Shown here: piece after piece, positions 27,880 to 40,667 of the stretch | Layout: each line of letters begins with the position of its first letter | Position numbering within the stretch: the first letter of the stretch is position 1 | Origin: Marsupella aquatica | Lineage: Eukaryota > Plantae > Marchantiophyta | Direction of reading: 5' to 3' | Assembly: GCA_973895155.1 (NCBI GenBank) | Contig: OZ316897.1 | Location: forward strand, 7,802,470-7,866,469 | DNA: 64,000 nt | Notes under the pieces: model-generated | The model's input: only the letters and a program-made list of their open reading frames with translations | Database searches by the model: none | What the model was told of the DNA's origin: nothing | Translations under genes and position numbers: made by a program

Positions 27880-28171
27880 TGTTGAGTATTGCTCTTAGTC
27901 TTATGACTCTAGGGCTAACCGCAATTAGGCTAACTCAGGTTAAGACTTAGCTAAGGTTAGCAGTGATGCATGTTGTATATAACCAAGGCTTATGCCAACC
28001 CCTAGTGGATCTTCAGTTCATTGTTGGAGTGAAGCAAGAGAGAAGTAAAGGTCTCTTGCTTTCTCGTGGACGTAGCCTCAGTCGTGAGATGAACCACATA
28101 CTTGCTGTGTCGATTACTTTGTATGATATTTATATGTGCATGGTGTCTCGGGATAAAGAATATCCCCAACA
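27880..28171 (+). repeat. 3' LTR of the copia element (TGTTG...CAACA, 292 bp)
   Basis: Starts directly after the polypurine tract, with 5-bp terminal inverted repeats. No matching 5' LTR found in the window. Confidence 0.75.
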
Positions 28172-29605
28172 TAAATGATATGATTATGACTACAAATTCG
28201 TCCTATGAATGGGCTCCTGACGGTTTGCAGCCATGATTAATAGTCCACCTGACTTTAAGTTGCTTCTCATGCCCAAACTACTTAAAGGGTCCTTCACAAA
28301 ACTGAACCATCATGCCAGAAGTACTCACAACAACCTGTGCAAAAGTGAAGCGTCTCTTAGCACTTGGTTTATAAAAAGTTTACTATTTTTGTGCTTGTTA
28401 GAAATGGGGCAACTGATCTCAGAAAATCTCAATTTTATGGGAGGCAGTAGATTGGAGAAGGGAAAGCCCGGATGAACCACCATGTTGGACAGAGTGCTCC
28501 CATGGACTACATTTGGGTGGTCCATGGGGGTTTTCAAAGACCAACATTGTGGTCCATGGGAGCATCATTTTCATGAAGCCCCCATGAATTTCATCAAAAA
28601 TTAATAGATATACTTAATTAAGATCCCCAAATTATTTAATGGACCCCCTAGGTCGTTTGTTTTGGGCATAAACTGCCAGATTTCTAATATATATATAGGT
28701 GGAATGGTTAGTCTAAAGCCATGATGTAGACTATGGCATTTCCGTAGCTTTCGGAACCCTCATCTTAAAAAAAGGTGATGCTTCCACAGACTTTGTAACT
28801 AACTTAGGAGCATAGAACGCTACTAAATAATACAGGAAGAAATGAACCTAACTAACCTAGTTCGAAAAGGGAATTACGTGAAATCAGAAATCAAATTAAC
28901 ATCTAAAAAGCTAGCCAGCTTACAGGTAGGGTGTAGGGTTCAGGTTTTTGGGTCTTTGTTTTTCTCCCTGTTTTTTTTTTGTTGGGTTTTTAGGCCCTTT
29001 CCTTTGTCTCTCGATTTTGTTTCACGCCCGAGTGATTTTGTCTTCAGGTTGGGCGCTTTTTGTTGTTAAGCCCTTGTCTTTTTGGTTTTTTGGCCCTTTG
29101 GTTTTTCTCACTTGATTGGGTTTCTTGCGCGAGAGACCTTGTCAAGGGCATCTTTCACATTGGAAAGAAAGCGCAAGAAGTTTTGCAGCTGCGCCTTTTT
29201 CGACCTTTTCCAGTTGAGCGGGCATCTTCTGCACATCGAACATCAAGTCCGGCTCCAATATAGCGCCGTGACATTTCTTCCAGGACCTGCCGACCAAACG
29301 GGGCCTCGTCGAGGTTTGCTTTGGTGCAAATGATGCTGTAGTTCCTGTCCCGAGCTGGAAGGGTCAAGCTGTGCCTACCAACGAGTTTTAAGGGGAAAAG
29401 GTGGGATCCCGTTGCATAGAGAGTGTTCTTTGGCGAGGAGGTAGTCCCAACTTCGCTCCGGAGTTGCCGAAGTGAGCATCATCCCGGAATTTGGATGTCA
29501 ATTCGGGAAGGTTACAGGATCCGTTTGGGTTCTCTAAAGCATCAAGCAGAAGAACCGCTGGGAGCTAGTAGCCCCAGGGTTCTGGAGCCCTCAGTTTCTT
29601 CTCCT

Positions 29606-32600
29606 ATGGCCTCCCGTGGCAGGTATGCACTTTTGCTTCCTTGTGAAGACAGAGAGAGAGAGTGATATGTGTGTTTGTTATTGGTCTCGGGGGTTTAATT
29701 TGGATTGGTAGAGTCTGAATTTTGGTTCGGAGAGGCGTGACATGCATAGCCCGTATTTGAGGCAAAATCAAATAGCTTAGTATGAGCTTCTTCTTGTCCC
29801 TCATAATCTCTTGTCCCTCATCTCTCAGTGGTGTTCCAAAGAAGCGAAACGAGACTCTTAGGGTAATTGTTACTACTGCCTGTGGACTTCTACTGGGCGT
29901 CTTTATCGGCATCTTCCTGGCAAGGGTGAGTACTATTCGGATCGGATCCCTTGCTATCCTCAACTTACTTTTTTCACATGTGTCTCCGGATTTTCACGAG
30001 AAGTAATTCTGAGCTGAATGTCTGGGTATTGGAAACGTACGGCGTTGGATGGTATGCGTCAAGGGGAAAGTGAATACATCTGCTTGGGCTTGGGCGTAGC
30101 CACTAAGGTTGACACTGACTGATTCTGAGCCTCTTCGCAGTTAGGATTTTCGTCTAAATTTGGAAACAGTATTTTCAATGATAGGGAGATCAGCAGTCGT
30201 GATCCTCCCCTCAAGGTACTTTCATGACCAGCTGATTTCTTTACATTTTAGTAAGATCCAACGTGTTGAATGTAAGATCAAGTCTATGACGAAAACTAAG
30301 ACTTCTCTCACGAGGTACTGCTTGGTATGCAGGTGAGCAATTGTCCTCGTGGAACGGAGGGTCTTCCACCCGGTATAATCGTGCCGGAGACTGATCTGTA
30401 CCAGCGCAGACTGTGGGGGGATCCTGCACAGGTGCTGGACTTCATCCAGCTCATTTTCTTACTTCTGACGCGCACCGCTCTGTTCTATTTGTTCCTGGTT
30501 TAGTTCCAATATGTCTAAGGTTTGCCGAAGATCGAATGCCAACTGGTTCAATGACTATAACCGAACAGCTGATGCTCGCATCTTCATGGAATTAGAAGCC
30601 TGGCAGATTCAGCGTACTTGCTTCTGGCTTTGACAGCGGTGCTGTCTTTGACCAGTTTAGCAACTCCTGATTGTAGGTGACGTCTGTCGTCTATTGTGTA
30701 GAAAGAAGCTTTCGCGACCCGCCCAGTAAATTCACGAAATAGAAGGAACGTTGGTTTAACGGGGAAGTTTGAAGCTAGCATAAATCTAGAAGGAGGAATT
30801 GTCGTACAATTTTAGGAATTTGGCGTGTTATTGAGGAAGGGAACGCTCTGTTTCATTTTTAAAAGTAGTTGAATTTGAATTTTAAAGATAACTTGATAAC
30901 TCATACCTGCCTCGGGTTAACAATGCCACACACTTGCTGACCTAGCAATGCCTTCGTGCAGGACTTGCCCGAAAACCCATCTAAGTACCTGGTCACCTTT
31001 ACTGTTGGTGTCAACCAGAAGCCGTTGGTCAACTTGGCTGTTGCCAAAGTGAGTTGTCTTCTGTCACCGATGACTTGAAAGCTCCTGTTTGTCCAGCAAC
31101 TAGGATAAAAAAGATCAAAGATTGCTCATACTGGTGGGGGCCGTTATTTTTATTTTGGGAGGGTGTAAGCATAGTTGAATACATCCTGTGACTTTGTCAG
31201 AAGTGCATCCATTGTCAGAAGCCTTTCTCTTGCAGACTAACAGATTCTTATTTTCCTTTCTCACTATATGTTCGTTTACCTGTGACGTCTGGCTAACTAT
31301 AATGCAGTTCCCGAAGGAATGGACTTTCATGTTATTTCACTATGATGGGAACACTGATGATTGGGACGAGTTTGAGTGGTCCAAGACTGCCATTCATATT
31401 AGTGCGCAAAAGCAGACAAAGTGGTGAGGGTCATTGATAATGAGTCACGTTTTCCTGACTTTTCAAGAAGCAGATTTAGATTTGTGCTTCTTCCAAAGAT
31501 GTCATTCCATTATGCGTTTGTCATCCATTGGTGGAAATATTTGTTGTATGCGGTGATCATGGGAGGAAAGCTCTGACCCTTCGCCAGTTGTTGTAATTAC
31601 CAGGTGGTACGCCAAGCGGTTTCTACACCCTGATGTTGTAGCTCCTTTTGATTATATATTCATTTGGGATGAAGATCTAGGTGTTGAGCATTTCAATGCT
31701 GAGAAGTAAGTCAGCTTACTAAGAGCAGTCTAGGTTTTATCGCCACTTAGGTTAGCTTGGCTCATTCTTTCAATTTATGTTGGAAAAGCAAAGTTGCTTC
31801 ATTTCACCAGTTTGCTACTGTGTGGAGATCAAATCATTTGATGTCCAGTATGTTGATTGCAGGTACATAGAACTTGTCAGAAAGCATGGTCTTGACATCT
31901 CCCAACCAGGGTTGGATCCAGGAAGAGGGACGACATGGGAGATGACCAAGCGTAGGGGCGAAGGAGAAGTGCATAAGTGAGTCTTTCCTCCGTAGGTTGG
32001 ACAGAACGGGAGTTCCACGGTTGGGAGGACTCAGATTGAAATGAAAATCTTGTGTAATTATTCCACCCTCTCAGGCTTAATACATTTCAAATAACTTGTC
32101 TTGTCAGGATAACTGTGGAGAAGCCTGGTTGGTGCAGTGATCCACATCTACCGCCTTGTGCAGGGTAAGTTTGTGAGGAAGTTTTCCTTCCCTCTTCCGA
32201 AGAATTATTTTCATACCAGAAACGTTGGACACGAGATCCCTTGTTTTGTGCTGTTACAATTATTTATTGATGATAGCGCTTTCAATCAATGTCATAGTGT
32301 CACCGTGAAAAGTTGGGACTTTCTTTCTTTCTTATCATTTCAGATTTTGGATTACCAACGAACTGCTAAATCAGTCATGGCTTTTTGGTAAGGAAATGTG
32401 CAGGTTTGTTGAAATTATGGCACCAGTATTCTCCCGCAAAGCATGGCGTTGTGTTTGGCATATGATTCAGGTGAGCCGAGACAAGTTTCACGTCCTTCAC
32501 TTTGGGTTCTTTCTCTTAAGACTTTGTTCACTCTCTCAAAACAGCTGAGAGACACTAGAGTCCTTTACATCATAGTAGCAGTATACATGAGAGGACTTCA

Positions 32601-34195
32601 TTATTCTCGAGTTCACACCATCAACAAACATCTGCGTTTTGGGGAAAATATTTACTTTGCCTGTATACCGTATTGTTTGTAATATCACGCAAGCAAAACA
32701 GCGAAATCAAATTTCACAATTCAATGTAGCACTTTCTGTACCCCCTACAGTGTGTAGTTCTTTGTTTTCTTTCAAATTTCAGTTCACAAATGTTTACAAA
32801 CTTCGTCGTTCTGGATTGTGATTTTCGGGAGTTCCACTGCAAATACATTCATCTAGCGAGAGTAAGAAGCCGTAGATTTAATAAAGGAAACCCAGGCCAG
32901 AACTCAGTTTGTGAGGAGCACAATGTTGGTAGCCAGCAAATTTGGACAACTGTTTTAGAATTTTTCATGGGTTGAATACTAACTTGAAAAGCAATGATCG
33001 CTCAGCTTACTGAAGTGTTTTGGCAATAGTGGTTCAGTAGTGATTGACGTGAGGTCAAGACCAGAAGTTACCTTATTACCTGGTTGTATGAAATTCTCCT
33101 CATGGGCTAACAGAGATGGACACCTACTTACAGACTAGCAATTAACATTGGTACTATGGGATGTGCAGAATGACCTTGTTCATGGATGGGGCTTAGACTT
33201 TAGTATGCGACGTTGTGTTGAGGTGAGAAGCTTAACTTTATGTGCGTCGAATTGTTATATATATATAGATTGAGGCCTTTCTAATATCGTTGACTTATGT
33301 TTGAAAATATCTTGTGCTCCGAATGCCCTTGGCAATTAATTTTTTCCCATCCTTTTTAAAAATCTTTCCTTGCAAAAGCACGGTATACCATGTTGGCACC
33401 GCTGTTTTGTTCTTTATTGAATTTGATTTGCTTTGTTCCTACTTATTTTATTTGGGTGTGCGAGATCTCTGTCTCCGTTGCCTTGGATCTCAATCACGTT
33501 CTCTTTTGAGGAAATGATTTTTGAGTATGACAATTATAGCACTTTGATAGCTCTACGAATTAGGTGAACAAAGAATTGAGCATTGACTGCCAATTGTTAT
33601 TGCTAGATAGTTTATAACAACAGAGTTCAAATACCTTTTTGCAGCCGGCTCATGAGAAAATTGGAGTTGTTGATACCCAGTGGATCGAACATCAAGGCGT
33701 ACCCTCTCTAGGACAGCAGGTAGGTCAAGACAATCCATTTTACATGGATAGTGTTTGGTCCTGCACTATAATGCGTTGTGCTTCGTCTCCACCGAGATTG
33801 GCATTTCTGGCCAAAAGTTTTATGCGGTGACTGATGTTTGTCTTATGTACCTGCCACTATTGCTTTGCCTACAACCGGAAGAATTGTATTTTGACGAGGC
33901 CCTCCTTTACCTGCAGGGAACAGCTGTAGATGGGAAGGAACCATGGCAAGGGGTAAGATTTAGTTCTTTGGTCCTCGGTATAGTCCATTGGATGACGGTG
34001 AAGTTTTATGACCTTCAGGTTGGTGATATCTGCATCCAGTACTTCGGTCTGAAATTGAGATAGTCACTCATGCCTGATATTGGTTATTCTTGCCTTTCCC
34101 AGGTCCGGGAAAGATGCCGATACGAATGGAGCTTATATACAAAGCGGATTGACGCAGCTGACAAAGCATTGGAAGAGATTGGAAAGAAATCATAG
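29606..34195 (+). CDS. DUF707 family protein (plant type II membrane protein, putative glycosyltransferase-like), 14 coding exons
   Basis: Exons from 29606-29622, 29829-29925, 30141-30215, 30333-30431, 30962-31048, 31308-31423 ... to 34103-34195. Motifs PRGTEGLPPGII..ETDLYQRRLWG, LFHYDG, QTKWWYAKRFLHPD, IWDEDLGVE, ISQPGLD, FVEIMAPVFSRKAWRCVWHMIQNDLVHGWGLDF and IGVVDTQWIEH. Confidence 0.93.
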
Positions 34196-35314
34196 ATGAG
34201 TAGTTCAGCAAATTTCGCTTCTTGTGAAGTCAGCAGATGCATATTGAGATTGGTACCACTTACGTTTGGATGGGTCGAATTTGTTTGTAAGTTGCAATGT
34301 ACTGTACGATTAGCCTTTAGTTAAGTAGAGTCTTTGTGACCTATGGTATTGAGCTCTCCGGAGTGGGTTTGTTTGCAAACCGTATGCTGGAGATTATCAG
34401 AATATGTTCGATGTCAGCTGCTCGTTTCCCCCTGGCAGCTAGAAGGTGACCTATCTTCCACAATTTTTTCTTCATCCCGTTGGCAGTAACATCTATGTAG
34501 TGTTCCCCAGGGTGTAGTATTGGAGCACCCACCCCACCTAATACATGTAGAGCTACTGCAACTTGACAAGATGCTTGTATTTGCCTCAAGACATGTTATG
34601 GGTTCAAGTCAGTCGGTAAATACTCCTGACCTTGAATGTTCTGGCTAAAGCTTATTGACATTGAATGATTCGATTTGAAATTCTCACTTGATGCCATTGC
34701 TTGGGCGACGAAATCTCACTTTGACTGCATTCAATTATGGTTTCTGTTGAGTAGCATTTGTTGTCTTAATTTACATCAAATTAATGGTTGAGCATAATTA
34801 TGATCAAATCTCAAAGTTGATCAAAATCAGGTGTAGTCTAGCGATGGGTCTCATGGTTTGAATCCTCCAACTGGAACTTCTCGTTAATCTTTTGCTCAAA
34901 ATCTTGACAAGACCCTTCCTCTATTGACCTATCAACTGATCGATTCTTCTAGGCTTGTCGTATGCTGTGACAAATTCCTGGATTGCCACAACCTCTCCAA
35001 CCATCTCGACCTCAACTTGAGTGACAAATTTCTGGATTGCCACAATCTCTTTAACCATCTGTACCTCAACTTCAGTCTTATATTCTTCCAGGCAGTTTGT
35101 TACATCATGTCCATCTAATCTATCCTTGCTCATCAGGATGGATTGGAGACACCTCCATGCTAGTATCTTTTGGTCTCTCTTCCCTCTCTCTTGTGTGTCT
35201 CATTTTCTCACATTTGCCACATCTTGCCTTCTCATCATGTCCATGTTGGTTGCCATCATGTTAACCATATCTTTGATGGTTTACTCTTTCTCAAAAGTCT
35301 GAGTAAAAGTCTCA

Positions 35315-35990
35315 ATGTATTGATGCCTGTGCATTGTATAAAAGATGTCGAGGCGAGAAAAGATGTTGAGGCGAGAAAAGATGTCAATATGAGGAAAAGA
35401 TATCGAGATAAAAAAATGAGAAAAGATGTCAATGTGAAGAAAAGATACCGAGATGAAAAAAATGAGAAAAAGATACTGAAATGAAAAAAGCAAGGAAATG
35501 ACATCGAGATGAAAAAAACCAAGAAAAGATATTGAGGTGAGAAAAAGAAGTTGAGGTGAGAAAAAAATGTTGAGGAGAGAAATGATGGCGAAGTGACAAA
35601 GAGACACAAAGATGAAAGAAAGACCTCAAGGAGGGAAAAAATGTCAAGGATGAGGAAAAAATCTGAAGGTGAGAAAAAGATGACAAGATTAGAAAAACAT
35701 AAGGTGTTGAGACAAGGAGAAGAAGTCGAGCCATGTGAAAAAAGATCTCAAGGAAGAAAAGATGCACAAGTGAGAAAAATTATTGCAATGAGATAAAGAT
35801 ATCAATGTGAAAAATATATAACTTAAGATAAAGATGTTGAGAAAAAATAAATATGTTAAGATTAGAAAAATATGTCAAGGCAGAGCGAAAACAAATATGC
35901 TTTGCGATGTAATGGTGAAACATGTTATGTGTGATCTTGAATGATTACATAGTTATTCTGGTTGTGTTCAATAATCCATGCATTGCATAT
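35315..35990 (-). mobile_element. Helitron-like minisatellite copy (same family as 22521-24359) in reverse orientation
   Basis: AAAGATGTC repeats; the reverse complement near 35320-35350 reads gacatcttttatacaatgcacaggcatc. Confidence 0.55.
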
Positions 35991-36749
35991 AAAAATTGGA
36001 GACCCGAGATAATGACCACCATATCATAGAGTTTAATTATGTATTGATGAGGTAGTTGTGGGCACGCTAAAGGGCAAGCATTTATTCTAAATGAGTTTCA
36101 TTGATAAATTTGACAAAATCCAAAAAAATAAATTTAGATGAAGGATCAAGAATGGTTCCCACTTTTCCAAGAGTTTGTTTTGGCCTCAAATAATTAGTTT
36201 TTAGCTTTTTGAAAAAAAATTCCCTAAGTTCATGGCTCATTAAAAAATGTGTTCTTCACAATTTCATACACCCATTATAGTTTATTTCATATTCCTAGTT
36301 CTACATCTATTTCTTTTTAAATACAAAGGCTTTTAACATGTAATGATTGAAGTACCTCTATTAAATATACATGTGTACCAACAAGTTTTGGTGTTTCGCC
36401 ATGTAGTGGTGAGGCATGTTATGTGTCCTTAAAATTGTGAATTTGTCGATATCCTCAATATGGTCATCCCTCATGTCCAGGAGACCATTATGTCTGGGAG
36501 ACCATTTAAAGCAATGAATAAATTAGTTTTTCTTTTGGTGACTCATCATATGGTCACCCCTCTTGTTCAAGAGGGCGTTTGAGAAATCCACAAATAGGTT
36601 TCTATCCAAGGCTTTTGATAGAGTGTGCAAATATAAGTTTGGGATAGAATGGTGGCCCTTGGTGTCCCTTTGGAGATGAGAGTGGGAGTGGCACAACTCT
36701 ATCAACACGCGCGTATCAAGTTCTCAGCAAGTGTTCCTGATGAAGTTCT

Positions 36750-37560
36750 TAGCACACTTGGAGGTATTTCAAGGCTGTCCACAATCACCACCGTTGTTTG
36801 AGATTTACATTGATCAACTTCATAAATTGTTGGAAGAAATGGGTGGAGAAAGAGTTCAATTGGGTATGGTGATTATTCAACTTCTTATCTTGCTGATGAT
36901 GTGGTACTCTTGGCTTGCAACTAGACATAACTACAACATCTCATGGTACTTGAACATTTTGGTAGACAATCTGGCATGCAAGTTAAATGAAGAAAAGCAA
37001 ATGCATTTAAATTGGCACAAGGCAGGAGCTCTTTCTCTATTTTGAACGACAAAAGGTGGAGGTGGTGGTCACCTAGAATCCTTGGAGTGGAATTCTCAAA
37101 CAATCTCAGTTGGGCATCATGTGCAAAGTCTAATGTGGCCAATGGTTACAAAGCTCTGTACAGCATGATCAGTAAGTGCAAGACAGCAAGTTTGGCCACA
37201 TGGTCTCTTAAGAAGAAATTATTTACATTGTTGGTAAGACCTGTTATTGTATATGCGGTTCAGGCTTGGGGAGTTACTACTTCAAAGTCCACTTACGTCG
37301 AAGTTAAAAGCCATTCAGAAGCTCTTCCTTGAAATGGAGCTTGGGTGGAAAACCAAGCCACCTACATCTTGACACTTGCAGAGGCAGGCCTTTTGCCTTT
37401 GGAGGTAGAAGCTTGCCTCTTGACAATCAAGTATGTTATGCATATGAAGGTTACCTAAGCAAGCTTTTTGTTATTCAAGAGCTTCTGGTTGGTATGCTGA
37501 TGTGATAAGGTGGGCAGAAGCATGGGGATTACCAGAGGATAAATGGCAAGGGCCTCCAAA
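36750..37560 (+). mobile_element. Degenerate LINE reverse-transcriptase fragment
   Basis: QGCPQSPPLFEIYID (RT motif QGCPLSP), a frameshifted ADD motif (~36892), LGVEFSNNLSW and LFTLLVRPVIVYAVQAWG. Confidence 0.8.
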
Positions 37561-40500
37561 GGCATTAAGCAAGGGATTGCAAGCTCCGACTCCCACTCCA
37601 TTTCTGAGTCGGAGGCGGAGCTGGCCTGATACTCCCTTAATCATCATGACAGGTAGAAGTTGTCCTGGGTTAGGGTAGGACAAGCGGGGGTTTTTCACGG
37701 CCAATAGCGCCTTGCCATGTGTCATGCATTCAATATGCCTGGAATGACCTCGGGTTAAGTACTTGAGTTAAAGCTAACCCATATCCGGAAAGGGGGTCAA
37801 CTTAGGAATTTAAATAGTTTGGGGGACATGTTGATAATTATAGTCACTTTGGGGGATAAATTTGTCTAATGGATTTAGGGAATCAGCTTGAAAATTCTCT
37901 CACTAGGTCTCTCCCGGATGACTTACTTGTTAGCATTTACTTTTGAGCATTGTTTGCATTGCAATTCTGTCAGGTTAGCTCTAAATGCTGGATTTCTCTT
38001 GGGCAGGGACACGATTCATATGGAAAGGTAGCAGTTTTGAAGGCTTAACATCATCAGGTTTTTGAACATTCCGCAATCTGGTCCAACTGTCTTGTATTGA
38101 ATTCGCTGTCTGTGTATTGCGTTATTTGTAGTGCATTTTATGCATTATATTGTAGTGAAAGTTGGAACAAGAACTTATCATCCTCTTATGAGCTCTGCAT
38201 GTCCAGAAGAAATGAGTGACTTTTGTTGGTCCTGATGATGATTGTCAGTAAGGAAGAAATCTCTATTTAGTTCTAGCTATGATGCAGGAAGGAGGAGATA
38301 GACTATTAATAATTCCATGCGCTCGCACTGCTCACCTCTCCTTTACCCACCTGGTTCTTCTGCCCTCATCTTTCGCCAACACTTGTGAAGACTATTCCTT
38401 TTTGATCTTGTTGGTTCCTTGTGGGGATGTACTTTGCGTTTGTCCCGCATGCCACCTTTATACCTAGCACCCTGCTACTGTCAATGTTCCTTTCTTTAGC
38501 AATGATTCTGCTCAGGCTAGCTCCCATTTCATCAAATGAGAAAGTCCATCTTGGTAGCCTGGTTCAATGTGAGCAATGGTAGGCTTGAGCACATTCCTTG
38601 TTACTAGCTCTCATGAAGAAATAGATCGTGAGGAGAGGAGAAAAAAGAATGGGTGAAATGTTACTTGATGGACCTCATGTGTGATCCAGACAGTTGTGGA
38701 CCGTCAATAAACTTACCCCAAATTGACAAGTAACAGTTTTCAATTTTGGGGTCTATCAATTATATAACTCAAATATTAAGCTTGGATGGACTGAGAGGAT
38801 TGTTCTGCCCATCCTCATGGACTACATAAAGCCTTCAGTCAACTTACACCAGGAAAAAAAGTGACCCATTGCTTCTCGTAAGGAAGGACACTTCACTTTT
38901 GGTGAGGACTCCTCAAGTAGTCTCCAGGGACCCAGACCAATTATTAACTGTTGGTTTCTTTGACAAACTTGTTCATTCATTGGGAGAATTTTCTAATCTT
39001 TGTTTAATCTAAAATTTTTCCAACATGTTCTCTAATGTCCAATCTACTAAAATGATGCTCCCATGGCCCACAATGTTGGTCTTTGAAAACCCCCATGGAC
39101 CACATTTCCCAAAATTTGAGTTTAATTGTAATAACTTGATGTTAGTATTTTACTTATTAATTTTCAGTTTTGAGTATGTGCTAGAAAAGTAGGTAACCTA
39201 CACTTCCATGAACACGACTTGAATTTTTGGCCATTTTGGTTGAGTTATTCATCATGGATTGTGGGGGTGGGGGCGGAGAGGGTGATAAATTCTATTAGAT
39301 TAGTTTTCATTGCGCTAAGATAAAGTATTCGGGCTTGTGTTTTTTAACTTCTAATGTAGTTGCCTTGCAGGTGCAAAATTTGGGCTTGTGTTTTTTAAGG
39401 TCTACTGTAGCTGCCTTGCATGTGCAAAATCAATACATGGTTTTTTTCCATAAAGACTCATAATAATCAAGTCATAAACCCAGAATTCCCAGATATCACC
39501 AAAATGTGGTACATGGGAGCACTTTTTTCAACATGGTGGTCCATGGTGGTTTCACTTTGGGGCTCCATCTTCCTTATAAATCTGCAACTATAAGCTAGAG
39601 TTGAGGCCTAGGCTTCTAAAGTGAAGCCTCTAGACCGTAACTCCATGGTTCATCATGTGGAATGATGAGAAATATTACTCATCAAAATCATTACTGTTTT
39701 TTGTTATGATTTCTATATATATATATATTAAAAATTGATCTTTATGATCCCACCATATTATATGTGCATAAATGGAATGTAGGATAGAAAAACTAGAGAT
39801 ATACATAGAAAAAAGTAATATGATATATTATATTTAATTATTAAAATGATGATATGTATGATAATTTTTTATCATTTTATTAATCTTTAAAATATGTAAA
39901 TAAAAAATATATTTTGGTGATATTTTTATTATACTTGTCCTTATTCATCCCAATTATTCATGTTCAAAGAATGGGTAGTCTAGACTATTTTGTATATATT
40001 GAAACGAAAAATAATTAATAATGTTTCGCGCGAACAAGGATGGCAGTACGCTACCGTATGCTGCATTAAAATATTGTTTCATTTGCGGTTCGGTGCCGAC
40101 TTGACGTCGCTCCAAAGTGACTGCCATTGCGTGATGGACGAAGAAGGGCATCAGAGGGAAGGAACGAAAGAGATCGGTCGGTCCGTCTTGCTGTCTTTCG
40201 AACAAACATTCCTGATTGCGCGGGTCCAGTCCGAACGATCCAATTAATCCTGCGCCGCGTCAACGTCGACGTCGATACTACCGGTGCGTGCTGTGCTTCG
40301 AGCGAATGCCATTCCCTTCCGTAGCACACCATTATTATGTTCGACAGAGCTGGGTTGGAAAACATTCAGGCAGGTCTTCAAAGGTAGATTCGACCTATTC
40401 CACGAGCTGCACGAGGAGGATTTTTATTTGAAGTGAATTGTCGATTCAGCGAACCAGTGAAATCCGGACGAGAGGTCGGAGAGGACGAGTGTAAGTTGCA

Positions 40501-40667
40501 TAATTGGAGACGAGAAGAAGAGGGTAATTTTGGAGGTTGAGGAGGCACGACAAAGATTGCGGAAGAGTGTTTGAGTGATCGTTAAGGCTTCACGTTTCCG
40601 AAGTGAGCTGAGGAAGAAGAAGAGTTGAACTTTTCCGAGGGAGGCGTAACAGCGAGACTTCAGCAAG

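Noticed and set aside
23823-35796. Phe/Ser/Leu-rich or Lys/Arg-rich ORFs at 22.8-24.4 kb and 35.2-35.8 kb
   Set aside because: They are translations of the GACATCTTTT minisatellite with no protein-family signal.
28470-39560. Inverted homologous segments at ~28475-28570 and ~39050-39105/39500-39550 flanking the DUF707 gene, considered as TIRs of a gene-capturing element
   Set aside because: The pieces are short, rearranged and lack a TSD; more likely independent copies of a dispersed repeat.
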